DNA of 64,000 nt from Rhynchobatus australiae (GCA_034780895.1 JAUZTB010000069.1:9857567-9921566), one strand, 5' to 3'; positions 12,645 through 25,020 are shown, counted from the first letter of the stretch. Notes: generated by a model not told the origin, from the letters alone. Numbers and translations: made by a program.

Positions 12645-12925
12645 ATTGTAGAAAATAGGCACAGGAGTAGGCTGTGTTGTTGCTCAAGCCTGCTTGGACA
12701 TTCAGCAAGATCATGGCTAATCTTCTACCTCAAACACCATTTTCCTGCTTATCGCCATATTCCTTGATTCCTTTAATGTTACGAAATTTATTGGTCAATG
12801 TTTTGAACACTATCAATGACTGATTTCAGTTGTAAATGACTCACCCCTTATTTTGAGTCAGTGACCTGTAGTTCTAGACTCTTTAGTTAGGGAAATAACC
12901 TCCCCACATAGACCTTGTTGAGGCT
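12645..12925 (-). mobile_element. CR1 3' end fragment
   Basis: aataggcacaggagtaggc...cagcaagatcatggctaatc, reverse complement of a CR1 3' UTR. Confidence 0.65.
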
Positions 12926-13208
12926 TCCAAGAATACACCCTCTAAAATATCCTAAGACACTTAATAAGTATTGTTTCAAGCAAAATTTGATCTGCCCAAT
13001 TGATTGGAATCAGCTAAAATTGATGATGTTCTATAATGAAGAGCATACATGGGCTACAAATTTTAAAGTTGTTTAATTTTTAAAAATCTTGTAAAACACT
13101 TAAATTTTTTATTGTGAGATTAACTCTACCATGATGTTTTGCAGAAGTTGTATATTCTGCTGAATAATGTTAATGTCAGTATGTCATTTTTTGTCATTCT
13201 TGTCTCAG

Positions 13209-13397
13209 GATCTTCAGAATGTCACTAAAAAACGTGACATGTTAAAAGCAGAACAGCTGACTTTGAGGGAGAATGTTAACCAACATGCAAGTAAATACCA
13301 ATGCTATCTGGAGAATGAAAAAACGAAAGAACGGGAGTTACAGCGAATTCAGCAACAGGTGGAAGAAAAGCAACATGAACTCACAGAACAGCAAAAG
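13209..13397 (+). CDS. CNTRL: Centriolin coding exon I
   Basis: cag|GAT CTT...CAA AAG|gtatgt; DLQNVTKKRDMLKAEQ, similar to human DLLHTTKHQDVLLSEQ. Confidence 0.92.
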
Positions 13398-13980
13398 GTA
13401 TGTGAGCTAGTAAACAGTGTTATCATAAAGCCATCTAAGCCAATTAATAAACCAGAAACATATCAAAGATAATGAAAATGAGGATATTGATAACCGAGAT
13501 AGGGACATCATAAGTAATGTTAAGAATCGGAAAGATTTCAAATTTACTTCCTCCAATTTGAATGTCTCAGTTTTATATTATTTTATGCTGATGTTGTATT
13601 TCCATAATGTACACAATTCCCATGATCATTTTCATAGCGACTTTCATTTTTTGTGTCTGTAGATTCAATAGTATCTTTTAAAATCATTTTAATATATTTT
13701 TCCTACTTTTACCATGTTGTTCATTACAACTGACTATATTCTTCCTCTGATGTTTTTACTTTGGTTTATATTTTGCGCTCTCTCTATTTTTCTCCCCCAC
13801 CACTATCTCTGAGCACCTTCTCAATGCCCAAGCATAAATCAGGAATTTGGTATGCACATGAGTGAAACTTGTATGAGCAAGAGAGAATTGCACTATGAGT
13901 GCAGAGGTAGAATTGGCATGTGCTGCTTTACCGCATGATGTAGGAAGACTTCATTTGAATTTCTCATTTATTCCATTTAG

Positions 13981-14206
13981 ATGTTGCAGTATATTAAAAA
14001 GGATGTTAAATGTGAGGAGACAAAATTGGAGCAATCTGCAACTAAAGTAAAGGACCAAATTCAAGCTTTGGAGGCCAAACTATCAGACAAGAAAAATGAA
14101 CTTGAGCAGGTGATTGCAAAAGTGAACTTGATGGAAGAACGATCAAGAAAAGTGCAGCATAATGAAGAACAGTGCATTATTTTGGAGGATCAGATTGTCA
14201 CCCTGA
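13981..14206 (+). CDS. CNTRL: Centriolin coding exon J
   Basis: tag|ATG TTG...CTG A|gtaagt; CEETKLE...LEQVIAKVNLMEER, similar to human SEESKLE...LDQVLSKVLAAEER. Confidence 0.92.
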
Positions 14207-15035
14207 GTAAGTCTAGAGTTTGATTAAAAATAATAGTTCAGTCACTCCCATGACTTAGTACATTTCTCTTATAAGTAGCTGAGCCATAAAGAGAGATTAC
14301 AGATAAAATGACCAATCTATTTTGATCCAGCTAATCTCACTGGGAGCAACAATTAGTTTTGGCCACATTATGTTGGTAGACGTATGAAAAATAGACAAAA
14401 GAAAAACGGTGGAGTTCTGGCATTTGGTCACATTGTGCTTTGCTTTTTGATAGACAGTTGGCTGATGTGAATTTTGGTTGTATCATATGAAGAACTTGCA
14501 ATTGACAAGTCATGCATGTGAATGTTGAACGCTTCTCTGAAACGTAACCAAAGAAAAATTGACAAAGTAGGGAACTGGCATGTTCCAAAGTAGTACCCAA
14601 TTTACTCTCTCTGGTATAGAGCTAGATATTTTATATTACATTTAATCAAACAAAACTATTTTTTGATCATTTGAATGATCATGCACAATCACTAAGATAT
14701 TAATTTTAATGTTATTTTGATGAGCACGGCTGCTTTTGCACTGTGTTTAATGGAAGTGACCTGACTTCANNNNNNNNNNNNNNNNNNNNNNNNNNNNNNN
14801 NNNNNNNNNNNNNNNNNNATTGTTAGTGGCACCAAAGCGATGAGATTTGCTATTCCCACGGGGTGCCTGAATCATATTTGAGAGGAGAATTTTTAAAAAT
14901 TTCTTCGTAACCAAGGAAGCAGGAGACACTAAGCTGTGCTGTTAAACCTCCCTTGAACTTTTTCTTCCAGATTAAAAGGATTTGATGTTACTGCAAGATC
15001 AAAATATGTTTACCAGGTACACTATTTTGTTGCAG

Positions 15036-15241
15036 CACATCAGCTATCTGATCGAGAGCAACAGCACCAGGAAACAATGGATGAACTGGCATTTCTTCAA
15101 AGAGAAATTCAGTTCTCAAAAAACAATGTAATCCACCTTCAAGAATGGATTCATTCAGAGAGAAAAAAGGCAGAAAAGCAAGTTGCAGACATCACAGAAG
15201 AGTCCAAGACTCAGAGAGCTCAGCTAGAGAAGGCTCTTAAT
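15036..15241 (+). CDS. CNTRL: Centriolin coding exon K
   Basis: cag|CA CAT CAG...CTT AAT|gtaagt; contains ERKKAEKQVA (as in human) and QRAQLEK. Confidence 0.94.
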
Positions 15242-15513
15242 GTAAGTTGCAGTCACATTATAAAAAAAAGTACCATCCATTTCATCAGTTCAAGTACATA
15301 AACTTTGGTCAGACTCTCTGAAAATATTACTGTTCGTTCGTTACTTTGTCTTTTCATGTAATGATAGACACACAAAAAAAGAACATTCACTGAAGGTATA
15401 AAAGAGAAACTTTTTAAAATGTGCTTATAATGCAGAAATCTACAAGGCCCAGATTTCCTATACAGAATCTCGAAAATCTGATACAAGTTCTGATGTTGTT
15501 GTTTTCAACATAG

Positions 15514-15654
15514 GAACAAAAGTATGAAAATAACAGACTGCAGGAGGAATTATCTTCAAAAGACCAGGCTGCACGTGATAACCATGCCCGAGCTGAAAGT
15601 GTCATGAATGAATTAAGTGAGATGAGACAGAAATATTTTGAACTTAAACAACAG
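15514..15654 (+). CDS. CNTRL: Centriolin coding exon L
   Basis: tag|GAA CAA...CAA CAG|gtacat; EQKYEN...ARDNHARAESVMNEL, similar to human EQKQEN...AQDNHERARRLMKEL. Confidence 0.93.
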
Positions 15655-16101
15655 GTACATGATAAAACCTCACTAATTTTCTCATTTCGTGAAACTAAAT
15701 AAATATGTTCTTTACATGAATTGCTGGTGTCAGTATTTGGGTATTTATTTCTCTCATAATTATTCAATTATTCTGATGTTTGATTAAAATATGTTGTTAT
15801 TTTTTATAGTGTTATGAGGTAGGTTCAGATAATAAATAGAACATAGACTATGTTTATAACATAATCTGGATCTCTGAATGATTATTATTGCACAATAGTC
15901 TGCTGGTATTGAATTGTTTATAACCTAGAATTTTATAATGGAGCAAGAGAATGAATGTATAAATAAAAAATCGGGATAAAAAGCAAATTATATATTTAAT
16001 AATAATTTATGACTAAAACAAATGACTGGTCTGGCTTTGTTTATTCATGAAGTTTTGATTTATCATCTACTTCTCTCATTGATACTTAATCAATCCTTTA
16101 G

Positions 16102-16377
16102 CTGAGAAGTCAAGAACAAATGTAGCAACGCCAGAAAGAGATAAAGGAAGCCATAAGAATACTTCGGTCAGATGTCAAAGCAGAAATCGGCAGTAGTTTG
16201 AAAGATTTAGATCAATCTTGTGTGGAACCAAAGAATGATCTGGATGTTACTTTAGAAGAGGCAGAAACTCTTCAACATGAAAAGGAAAGTCTGAAGGAGA
16301 ATTTTCCCTTTGCTGCCAGTGAGAGAAGACAGCCAACTTACAATGAGAGGTTAAGGCTGACTAAATTCAATTTTAAG
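16102..16377 (+). CDS. CNTRL: Centriolin coding exon M (in-frame TAG at 16123-16125)
   Basis: tag|CTG AGA AGT CAA GAA CAA ATG TAG CAA CGC...TTT AAG|gtgcta; downstream ESLKENFPF is similar to human ESLKENLPF. Confidence 0.88.
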
Positions 16378-17279
16378 GTGCTATTCCTTTGATGCTTTTT
16401 TTTTTATTTTACAATTCATTATCTCCATTTTTATAATGCAGTCGAACTTGGCATCACACATGCCTAAAAAAGAGATCTGACAGTGGCTTCACTGGTGGAA
16501 GACGTACTTCCTTGGTGTGTTCTGAGCACACGTGATTTTGAAAATGTGCATAAGGAACAAAAAGGTGGATCCTTTGGCAATTTATGACAATTTGCTTCTT
16601 TATGCTTTTTTCAAAAGACTTTGACAAAGCTGGAAATTTAAATGTCATGACTTTTTTAAAGACAAATCCAGCATTTAAATTTCTTAACAACAGCTGTGGA
16701 CAAAGATGTGAACAGAAGAGCTATAATGATGACTTCTTTGACTATTAGGAAATTAAAAATATTATAGAGATTGGATTCCTGTTGGTTGATTTGGAAAATG
16801 CAGTTAAAATGTCTTTTCAATTGAACTTGTGAATTATGGAATTTGTTTTAATATAGAAAAGTCCTAAAGCATNNNNNNNNNNNNNNNNNNNNNNNNNNNN
16901 NNNNNNNNNCCTATGTCATAAAATCCATTAATATTGCACTGGATTTTCTGCTTTTATGCTCTGGTACTTGAGTGCAAAACACTTGCTTGCATATGAAATT
17001 GGGAACCACTTTTAATAGTAGAAATATTAATGGGAGTGATGGGGTTAGGGAAGCAGAATTTGAGAGAGTACCTGTGGGCACAGAAGTGCTTGTGCAGAGG
17101 TTAATTATCAAAGTACACTAGTCTTTTAACACCATAAAATGGCTGTCACAGATAACACGTGTAATGAGTTACTGAATTATTGAGATAAAGCACCCCAGTT
17201 TAAAAAAAATGCTTCTGCATAAAGGAAAAGAAGAAAGATGGAAAAAGGCAAATTAACCATAACTGCAGTTAAAGCTCTT

Positions 17280-17720
17280 AAGAACATGAAAGAACATAGA
17301 ACAGTACAGCACGAACAGGCCCTTGGGCCTGTGATGTCTGTGTCAACCATGATGCCAACTTCAACTAATCCCATCTGCCTGCACATTGTCAATATCCCTC
17401 CATTCTCCATCTGTTCACATGCCTGTCTAATGCCTCTTAAATGTTGCAGTGAAATAGAAGCAGGAGAAAGCCATATGGCCCCATATGCTTATTCCACCAT
17501 TTAATAAAATTATGGCTGATCTTTTACCTCACTGACATTTTACTTTAATGATGCCATATCCTTTAAATGTATTCAGTGACTGAGGCTCCACAATGCTTCA
17601 CTTTCTGAGTGAATTTCTCCTGAATAACCAACTCCTTATTTTAACACAGTGATCTTTGATTCTTCACATCCAAGCAAGAGGAAACATTAACTTGATCTAC
17701 CCTGTCAAGGTCCTTAAGAA
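17280..17720 (-). mobile_element. Two adjacent CR1 3' end fragments
   Basis: gaacatagaacagtacagcacgaacaggccc and aatagaagcaggag...aattatggctgatc tails. Confidence 0.65.
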
Positions 17721-17845
17721 TTTTGTTTAATGGCTTTTCTCAAGCCATTATGGAATTGCTGGAATTTGGTCAACTTCCTATATTGTTCATATAAGCATCC
17801 AGCAAGGAACAAGTGTTAAAGGAACATTATTCTTTCCTTATCCAG

Positions 17846-17908
17846 GATGAGCAGTGGCGAGGAGAGGTGCTAAGAGAAAACCTACGGCAACAGGAAGATC
17901 GGCTAAAG
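17846..17908 (+). CDS. CNTRL: Centriolin coding exon N
   Basis: cag|GAT GAG CAG TGG...CTA AAG|gttggt; DEQWRGEVLRENLRQQEDRLK, similar to human DEHWRGEALREKLRHREDRLK. Confidence 0.95.
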
Positions 17909-18065
17909 GTTGGTAAATGCCCATTGTAAAATTATCTTTATATAATGGTGACAACACTGGTTATATTTGTAAACAGAAAGTTCTAACTTTATTCTATAGA
18001 TTTACATCACTGATCTTTTAATGAGTTGAAGTTTGTTATTGATAATCTGTTTTTCTTTTGTTTAG

Positions 18066-18254
18066 GCACAGATTCGTCAGTGCATGTCAGAACAAGCTGA
18101 AGCACTCTGTAAGCAAAAGCAGCAGACAGAGGGTAATCTGACAAGCCTGAGAAGACGAGTGGATGTTCTGGACGAACTTGTTACTAGCATGAGTGTAAAC
18201 TCATCTCAGCATTACCAGACTGATGGCCCAAATAAGGCAAGTAGCAAACTGTAG
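18066..18254 (+). CDS. CNTRL: Centriolin coding exon O (ends at TAG 18252-18254, or at a GC donor after 18236)
   Basis: tag|GCA CAG ATT CGT CAG TGC ATG; AQIRQCMSEQAEAL...QTEGNLTSLRRRVDVLDELVTS, similar to human AQLRHCMSKQAEVL...QTEGTLHSLRRQVDALGELVTS. Confidence 0.9.
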   Translation, partial: AQIRQCMSEQAEALCKQKQQTEGNLTSLRRRVDVLDELVTSMSVNSSQHYQTDGPNKASSKL

Positions 18255-19259
18255 CAATGAAAGATGCGCAAACTAACCAGGGCTCCAGTGGCAAGGAAAA
18301 ACAATGATGAAAGATCAACTCAAGGCTTTATTGAAGAAAGAAACAGTAATGGGTAGAAATGGTGCTCAATGAAATAATAATAAGCTACAATGTATACAAA
18401 AGATTGTATAGTGAATTTTGTGTATAATTGAATAATAATATTAATTATATCATCTATAAATGACTATTTTCATTTTACTAATACAAATTAAGCTAGTTGG
18501 TTCAAATTTTCACTTCTAAGGAAACAGAAAACTATGTTGCTTCTTATAAAGATGTTTAAAGTCAGAAATTTTAGATCATTTGAAAAATTAACTTTATATT
18601 CATTAGTTTCTCATCGTGTATCAACTCTAACTGCCAAATACATAAAAGTTGTCAATAGGAATATCAAAAATGTTTTCACAGTNNNNNNNNNNNNNNNNNN
18701 NNNNNNNNNNNNNNNNNNNNNNNNNNNNNCATTTGCCTTTACTATACAATGTCTCTAGACTTCAGTATGCTGCTAAATGAAAGCCTAACAGCTCAAAGTG
18801 TTTGATTGTTATCAAGTCACTATTTCATCACAGTTATTAGGGCTAGTGTTTTGAACACCTAGTGCAATGCTTGATTAGTTACTGTACTTGCACTTTTTGA
18901 GTCCTGGAGCTACTGTTGCAATTGGTACCAAAGCAAAATGTTCAGTGAATTTGCAAAGGTGATTTAAAATGTAAAATGGAATAAAAGATGAACTGGTGTA
19001 ACCACTTATCTGGCAACTGAATGCAGAGAAAGTTTGAGTTCATCACGCTTTTCACACTTGGGCTTGCTGGAATTTTACTCCCTTTGGGCAAATGTTTGTG
19101 CCAATTCATTCATGACCTGTAATTCCTTTTGTGGTCAAGAGGATTGATAACTATGTTGCACTTTTCAGGTTTCAACTATTTTCCTTACTTGTAACACTAT
19201 CAAACCAGAATTAGTCATGTTCTTACTACGCAAGTAGTTGTGGTTTGGCCACAGTTAGT

Positions 19260-20090
19260 TAGTGCCCATCCCTGGTTACCCTGAGAAAGTGTTGAGTCCT
19301 GCAATAATTTTAGGAACTTAAGAATTTAAATCAAGCAGCAATGGAAATATGATTGAACAATCCCATTTCAAGATGTTATTTGAAGGCGATGATATTAGGA
19401 CATTGCTGCTCTTGCCCTTCGGAGTGGTGGAGTCTACAGGAGCTGCCAGTGAAGTTAAAGCAACTTTAAGTTGTTCGAGTGCATCCTGCATAAATACTGC
19501 AGCTAAATTGTCCTGATTATGAAGGTGCTAGGAACTGACTTAAGTAAAAGGAGCATAAATCAGGTGTCCTCTTTTCTCCTTGATGTTATTGTAGCTACAT
19601 TTGTCCAGATAGTTGGTGAGAGTTCCATCACACTGCTGATGAGTTATGCAGAGCCCACCACTGGCTGCTTCATTATCAGAAAAATTCAGAATGGAGCTAA
19701 ATACTCTTGAATCTATAGCAAATGACCTCATTCCTTTAATTATGATGGAAGAAAGTTTGTTGATGAAATGGTCGAATATAGTTGGGCCCAGGACACCTCC
19801 CTGAAGAATTCCCGGAGTGTTGCCTTGTGTTGATTTAGGGGTATGCTCATATATAAAATTATAACCCAACCTCAGTATAGCCAACCCAGGCACAAATATT
19901 TTTTTTCTATAACTAGCTTGACAAGCACAGTAAGCATAACATTCTGAAACATGCTTTTGATCCATATTGATGAGACTGCAACAAATGCCATGATCTTTTA
20001 TATCAGCCAATGGAGAGAAATCCCTCTTGGACCTTTTTGAGTTCAGTTTTCCCCTCTCTTTTGATGTTATTTCTACATCAAAGTCTTGTT
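19260..20090 (-). mobile_element. Degenerate LINE reverse transcriptase fragment (CR1/L2 group)
   Basis: Translated GILQGGVLGPTIFDHFINKL...FAID resembles RT GVPQGSVLGP...FINDL...FADD. Confidence 0.75.
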
Positions 20091-20789
20091 GAAGATGCCT
20101 TTTAAGTAAAAGTTTACAAGGCATTACATCATCAACCCATTTTGTTCCTCATCTTCTTTGTTTAATTTCTTAAACTTGTTAGCTACTACATATCATTTTT
20201 GACCACTTCCTTTGACTCCAGTTTTTGTTTTGTATCTGGAACCTTTTTCTTTCCAGCTTTGCTCTTTCATGTTGTTGGTCTTTTAAACTTTTGAGTAATT
20301 GTGTAGTTTTTCATGTGCACCATTTTATAGATTCCCTTTGTTTCTATACCATCATCATAAGACATTGTAATACCTAACTAAAGCATGGGATGTGGAAGTA
20401 ACAAATATTCGTTTTACAAAAGAGTTGCATTAATTAGTTTGTGTTATAAACAATAAAATCATTATTTGTTATGACCACCTTATTTGTAATTTCCCTTTTC
20501 ATCTTTGAATCCCTCTATTCACACTTCCATTCCTTCAGTAGTACCAAAAAGGTTCTTGGTGATCTCACAAATGGTGTTGTATATAACCATGGTAAGCTAT
20601 GACAAAGAAGGGGGGCATTCAGCCGATCACTGGCTGACTGTCAGACAATCCCATTCCTCCACTTATTTCTCTGTAACCTATTCCCTCACACATGCCTGTT
20701 AACACCCTTGTCCCCTGGATTCTCCCACCAATCAATAGGGGTGATTTACAACAACCAATTAACCTAAGAGCCTGCACATCCTTGGGATC

Positions 20790-20985
20790 TAATAAAAACA
20801 GAAAATGCTTAAGATGCTCAGCAATGTGAGGCAGCGTTTGTGGAGAGAGAAACAGAGTTGCAGGGTTATCAACCTGAAATATTAACTCATTTCCTTTCTC
20901 CATAGATGTTGTCTGACCTGCTGAGTACACCCAGCATTTTCTGTTTTATTTCATATTTCCAGAAAAAAATTTTTTGCTTTTTATT
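20790..20985. repeat. Palindromic Penelope-derived hairpin repeat
   Basis: aataaaaacagaaaatgct...ctcagca pairs with tgctgag...agcattttctgttttatt; related copies at 30-120, 3370-3520, 39390-39532 and 46975-47125. Confidence 0.7.
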
Positions 20986-21169
20986 TTGCATATATATTGA
21001 CAGTTTCTAGCTCTACCACATCACTTCATTTCACTTTCATCTCTTCCCAATATCCAATTCATTTTCTCTGATTTTTGCCATGCTCCTTGTCTAATGGACC
21101 AGTAGTTTCTTCCAACCAATTATAGGGAAGACCAGACCATTGCAAGCATGACGTCTTGTTTTACTGAGC

Positions 21170-21830
21170 TAACCACCTATCTGCCAGCTTACATCACATT
21201 AGTAATGCCCAACTCTTCCTCTGCCTCAGCTCATCTGCCTCTGAAACCCACTTGCCTACGTGACCTGCAGATGTGATTTTTCTAATTCTCTTCTGACCAG
21301 CCTCTCATCTTCCATCCTTCATTAACTTGATCTCATTGAAAGCTTTGCTGCCCTTTCCGTAATTTGATCCAAATCTATTTACCCTTCCTCCCTGTGTTTG
21401 CTGACCCATATTAACTCGGTTTAGCAAAACTTTGATTTGAAAATTTAAAATCTAATATTAAATCTTTTCCATTTCCTCACGATGCAAACAGCTCTAGCCC
21501 TACAAACATCCAAGATCTCTATATGCCTTCACCCTCTTGCACATCCCTGATTTTAATCACTCTATCATGACATCCTTTGCCTTGAAACCCAGGATGGTGG
21601 TGAGTTAAGAGTTGTACATCAGGCATATGTGTGCAACTTTGGAATTCCCTTCCAATGCCTCTTTGCATCCACCACTTTTAAAACCCACCTCTTGTTTAAG
21701 TTATTGTTAATCTATTAATATCTTCTTACATGGCTCAGCTCAGTAACACTTGACATTGTTTCTATGAAGCACCATATCTCAAGCATTTTACAATGTTGAA
21801 AGAGCTATGTAAATGCAAGTATTGTTGTTC
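21170..21830 (+). mobile_element. L2 LINE 3' fragment
   Basis: Pyrimidine-rich L2-type ORF2 end; tail gagctatgtaaatgcaagtattgttgtt. Confidence 0.65.
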
Positions 21831-21836
21831 TTTCAG

Positions 21837-21936
21837 ACTCTGCTGCAGGGAATATTCCAGTCACCTTCCAGAAGACCAGCTGAAAGATCTGTACAAGCAA
21901 AGCATTCCCGTTTGCTTGTTACTGAACAAGATTCAG
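21837..21936 (+). CDS. CNTRL: Candidate additional CNTRL C-terminal exon
   Basis: ttctttcag|ACT CTG...TCA G|gtaaac; open in phase 0 after the GC donor (TLLQGIFQSPSRRPAERSVQAKHSRLLVTEQDS); no recognised homology. Confidence 0.45.
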
Positions 21937-24699
21937 GTAAACAAGAGCTCAAGTAATGTACTTTTTTAATACCCAATTTTCCAGTTGCCTTTCTAGACAA
22001 TGTTTGGCCCACAATTAAAGAAGATTCTTCAAAAGTGANNNNNNNNNNNNNNNNNNNNNNNNNNNNNNNNNNNNNNNNNNNNNNNNNNNNNNNNNNNNNN
22101 NNNNNNNNNNNNNNNNNNNNNNNNNNNNNNNNNNNNGTAGATACAACTGTACCCCAGATTTTTATTAAAAAGCCATTATTTGGACCCAGAACTGAGCTTT
22201 TTGCTCTGTGACTGTACAGATGTTCGGGACTCCCATGCAAGCTTGTGCAAAGGTGGATGTCCCTAATTTCTGTGGAGTTGACTGCCACTGTCACCCACCT
22301 TCATGCTGACATTGAACATTACTGTGGAGCGCAAACGTTTGTTGTTTCTCAGCATTCAGTTTGGAGAGTCTAACAGTTGAACAGGTTCAGTTACTCCATT
22401 ATTTTCCATGGAGAGGTTCTACTGTACAAAAAATGAGTAAATTACAGATAATTTAGATTTTTAAATTGAATTAACTACCCTTTTCTGGTGTAATAAGTGC
22501 TTTAACTTATAGTTATTTAATTCTTAATAGTGCTTTTATTTTCCTATGTGCAAGCATTGATAGCTTTGACGGTTGGTAATGTTGGTGGCTCAACTGACCC
22601 TCAAAACATATCAGTGCGATTGATAATTGGCAAAGCTCTGTGCTGCTCAGAAGAGGGGAGTGAGACCTGATGGGCTGAATGGCCTCCTATGTCATTGTTA
22701 TAATTGTAAAGCAGGAAGCAGTACCCTTGTACAGTGCTTTAAAGGCTTTTTGTTACATTAGTTGCATGTTCAAAGTAAGATAGCAGGGTAACATTGGCAG
22801 ACAGAAATTTTAGTAAATATTTGGAGGATCTCAGATTTCTGGTAGAGTCATCAGCCTTGAATAAAGTCCATCACACTGTTCAATGAACATTTTCAGCTTT
22901 AAAGTCAACACAATTTTTATTACATAATTTTAGCAAAATTAATGTTTGTGCTTTCTTATCATGAATTCTATGAATATACAAACAACTCCCTTGCTGTGGA
23001 GGGGTTGGGTTCCTAGTAAACAGTCTGTATCGTGATTTTCTATAGCACAAACCCCTTTTTACCATTAAATCCCATGTTATAAGCGGAGATGTATTCCTCT
23101 GGGATGTTTTTCTCTTACGTTAAGCCATTTTATCGGCAATAACGAAGTGACCCACTGTTGTTATTTAACATCTGAGGCTAACAATAGACTCGATGAAAAA
23201 GGCAGGTGCAGTAGAAACAACATGTCTTGTCAATTTGTATTTTTAGTCACTTAGTACTGTGGAGCAGTAAGGTTTGGATATGACGTTAACGCATTGATTC
23301 AGTTGGCAGTCACAGTCGATGTGTGAACAGACGTTACAGAGTGAAGCGCTGCCACGCTCCTTATCTGCAAGACTCTTGGATTAGGAAAGGGTTTAGAAAG
23401 TAGGGAAATCAGGGAAAGGGGTGGGATTCAAGGATCAGGGTTCATGGGAGAAAAGTGGTGCAGAATGAGTTCAGGGGTGTAATGGGTTAAAGCACGGTGA
23501 CTTAGTGGCAGTGGAGTAAAGGGATTACTTTTAAGGAACTGGCCAGAGAAAATGGCTCGCACTCTGAGGTTTCTGTTGAATTGTCCTTGGACTGGAGAAG
23601 TTGTGGCAAAGTAAGGACTCAGTTGTGACTGTCAACCCTATCGATGCAGTGACATCATNNNNNNNNNNNNNNNNNNNNNNNNNNNNNNNNNNNNNNNNNN
23701 NNNNNNNNNNNNNNNNNNNNNNNNNNNNNNNNNNNNNNNNNNNNNNNNNNNNNNNNNNCATCATATCCAAATCTTGTTGCCCCAGAGCAGAGTAACTATG
23801 AGTAATATTTTGACATTTGTTGTTTCTTTCACATTTTGTTTATTCATTTTATCCCCACACAAATGCCATAAGGGTGAATTTTATTCCCAATCTCAAATTT
23901 TTGGGTAATGATTTGTGAATTCTGTAAGGGCAAATTTCCATTACCCAAATGACCATGACACAGGGGTCACTTGGAACAATGTATGAAATAGAATTGGAAT
24001 GGTTTAACATTTCAGTGCAAAAATACAATTGAGGTGCTTAATATATTGGCCAAGCTTGATGCAGCTTGTCAATGTGCAGGATTCTAAGTCTCTTACCTGG
24101 AATTGGTCACTGTCAGCACATTCAATAACTGACAATTTGCGTAGCTTCTTGTAACTGTAGTAGATGTGACGAAACCAATTCCGGGAAGATGTTTCAATCC
24201 AGTAATGATCAAGGCAATGTATTCAGTAGAAAATACAACATTAATAATAGATCTGAAGACTAGCAATTATAAACATTAGCACCAAATAGCACTAATCAAT
24301 ATTAGAGAAGGCACTTTTGACTAGTACCCTACTTTTAAATTGAAATTTTGACTACAAGTTTCAGAGCAGTTTATTCAAATTTTTTATTTGGTGTATTTTA
24401 GGAATACATTTTACTATGATTAAGGCGTAAAAGCAAAATATGTAATCAACACCAAATTATTTTATGTCTCCTGTCTTCTATGACTGGTAAGAAAAATGTT
24501 TGCATTTCAGTACTTCAGTACTACAAATTTAAAAGAAAACTAACAATTGCTTCTGTGGTATTGAAGGAACCACAGCATGTACTGAACACATTGCTCATTC
24601 ACAGTCCACTTTTCCACTGCGCCACAGTTTGTTCTTCACTTGCTTTTTTTTGAGTCACGTCTTAGATCTCTACAGAGGTCGCCTAAACATTCTGGTGGG

Positions 24700-25020
24700 C
24701 AGGACCTTACTGAGGTTGAATGAGCCTGTGCACACTGCTTGTCATATTCAATGGGCATCTTGAATGAGGCATTAAATTAATGCCTGTTCAGTGATTCAGA
24801 TGTATGTGAAAGACTGCATATTTATTTGAGTGCTCATGATATGGAAACTGTTAATCCCTCAACTAAATGTCACTTTAAAGAAAAACATTTTCTTTCTCCT
24901 TGGTGGGACATTGCAGTGTGTTACATGGATGCTGTGTTTGTCTGTTTAAATCAGTGTACTTCATAAGTAGTTTATTCAGTCTGATATGTGTGATAGTTTA
25001 TGAAATAAATGAGAGATCTT
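24700..25020 (+). mobile_element. Ancient DeuSINE (SacSINE-like) remnant
   Basis: gaggcattaaa...atccctcaactaaatgtcact...ggtgggacattgcagtgtg...tacttcataagta resemble the Deu domain and tail. Confidence 0.5.

Noticed and set aside
16102-18254. Calling CNTRL a pseudogene
   Set aside because: There is only one lesion; all 15 exons keep canonical splice sites and phase, and exons after the TAG are strongly conserved.
19540-20124. 194-aa minus-strand ORF as a novel gene
   Set aside because: It contains decayed LINE RT motifs with the catalytic DD lost, so it is a TE remnant.
23380-23530. G-rich purine-skewed tract resembling telomeric or G4 sequence
   Set aside because: No consistent repeat unit and irregular G-runs; treated as low complexity.
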